Source: Eledone cirrhosa
Lineage: Eukaryota
Length of the DNA: 64,000 bases
Direction: 5' to 3'
Assembly: GCA_964016885.1 (NCBI GenBank)
Contig: OZ024740.1
Span: 361,460,001 to 361,524,000 of the forward strand
The notes under the pieces are model-generated. The model saw only the letters and a list, made by a program, of their open reading frames with translations, was not told where the DNA came from and searched no databases. Positions 62,031-64,000 of the stretch are shown piece after piece (positions within the stretch are counted from its first letter, which is position 1; each line of letters opens with the position of its first letter). The position numbers were made by a program, and so were the translations under genes.

Positions 62031-64000
62031 TAATAATAAAAAATATATCTATGTGCATAAGTTTTATGTAGTTTTGTGTGCAGGTATGTGGGTGGGCGTA
62101 TGTATATACCAAAAGAAACGTCTGAAATAGAAATGTCTGTGGCTACGTATAAAAACATTATTCCAACAACAATTCTTTCCACTCTATCAACTCAGACAAA
62201 CATGACTACCCCACCACTAACTATATCATACCGATCAACACCAGTACACAACCCATCACCAAATTACAACATCTCGTCACAAATCTAACAAGATCGCTTT
62301 CTCGCATGGAACTCCTCAGCTTCGGCGCAAAGATCTTAAGACAGCGATTCGTCGCCATAGGTAGACACTAGGTTGGGCTTAATGTTGATAAAAACGTCTC
62401 GACGTTAAATGTAGAGTCAACGGCACTTCTTTACTCGTTTAACACCAACAGCCCCAAAAACGAACAAACTATTCAGTTTTGCGACACTCGCACTTAAGAT
62501 CCCTGACTTCGAAGCTCAGAGGGCCCCACTCCAACTAGCCTCTCCCTTCTGCTGCTGCCCACCGGCGCCAACATCGTATATGCAGTCTCCATCCGACTAT
62601 AAGAAACGCATGCTCGACCCTTCTTCCTGTAATCTGCGCTCCCACATAGAAAGAAACGTAGAAACGCATTCACAGACTCAAACATACAGAAGCATTTCTC
62701 ACTTAGCGTTGTATAGAATGGTTGCTATGACAATGTAACTGCTTTTTTGTGTATTTCAACTTCAGCTATTGAAGATGAGATTCAGTTTTTTTAATGAACA
62801 GATACATATTTTCACAAATAATTTCATATATATTTGATACACACACATACCACACACACATACAATGTCAATACAACCAGACACACTTAAACGCCTTTAA
62901 GGATAGACCACTCCACCATGTTGAGGCAACATCTCGCGCAGAGCATCGAAAAAGACGCTTGCAGCATTCGGAGATGCCCTGTGGGAATACACAACCACAG
63001 AAATTGGCAACAGCAGCAATACAGGACCAATATGCCTAAGAGACCTTGTAGTGTATGAGTTGAATTTAGCGTGCGGAGCCAACTAGATTGGTTCCACAAA
63101 CGTCAACTTCATAACCTAATACTCGAACATTTTGAAAATGCGACGCCTCCGAACGCAATGTTTCAACACAAAGAAATATGTGGAAGAAGAATAACCATAA
63201 AAATCCTTGCGGAGCTAAGATATACGGTCGACCTAAGAAAAGTGGAGGTCCATTTTATTAGGAAACGGGTACCTAAACAGTCGGAGTGAAGTGGACATAT
63301 AGAAATACCTAGGTAACGGATTTGCCAAGCTGGGAATTAGATTAACATATTCTGAAAAGGGATTATATAATCTAAAAGTGCTCACTATCAAGTGAACAAT
63401 ATTAACCCAGTAACAAATCTTGTAGACTGTAGCCACGTGACCGTTCACGGTAACTATTCTAACAATAATACTAACACTATCTTACCTTGCCCTGAACCGC
63501 ACGCACTAAGGAAAAACTACACAATCCACCACCTTCTCTCCTCAACCTTCAGCGCCTTGGCCTCGCCACCACCCGTGACAATGCTGCGAGCGTATTTAGA
63601 TAACACTTAGTGGTGAATGCACCCCTCCCCTTCATTTCTTAATGTTTTCTTCATCTCTCTTTTATGCATTTATATTTGTATATATCATTTGTGTTTGTGT
63701 TTTCGTTCTGTCAGCATTATATTATTTCCAGATAATGTGTTTATATGTAAATAAAAGTAACTTACTAATTTTCTTCCCCCTCCTAACCCAATCCATCGTC
63801 CAATTCTTCCTCCACCCCAATCACCTCTTCAATTTTATCATCACCGCCAAGAAACAAAAACTTGATACACCCCGCTTCCTGTCTACCGTCAACACATACA
63901 CCCACCTCACCTTCTGCCCTAACCCTATTATCCCGTCACCTACGACTTTCTCATCGCCCCACCACTTCTCTCCCCAACACTGACTCCACACACGCCACAC

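Overview
Eukaryotic, AT-rich and microsatellite-dense genomic DNA. The repeat landscape suggests a cephalopod/Octopus-like mollusc (inference). One host gene can be rebuilt on the minus strand: an ESE-subfamily (EHF/ELF3/ELF5-like) ETS transcription factor. It has five coding exons (34101-33705, 23672-23415, 13636-13007, 7422-7230, 2011-1909), all with GT-AG introns and consistent phases, giving 1581 nt / 526 aa with a SAM-Pointed domain, a polyQ/H exon and an ETS domain. The rest is mobile DNA: a full-length but disabled Helitron (38236-44024) with non-autonomous relatives; RTE, CRE and R4/Dong LINE remnants; two tRNA-SINE families; a hAT MITE; minisatellites; and a 200-N gap. The most striking unannotated signal is roughly a dozen distinct hammerhead-ribozyme (HHR) motifs tied to Penelope-like element (PLE) termini and fold-back palindromes. 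These include a group with an unusually long 52-61 nt stem II, and an intact HHR in the sense strand of an ETS intron. That HHR, together with its intron flank and 39 bp of the Pointed exon, has been copied about 14 kb upstream. All coordinates were read by eye and no database search was run.
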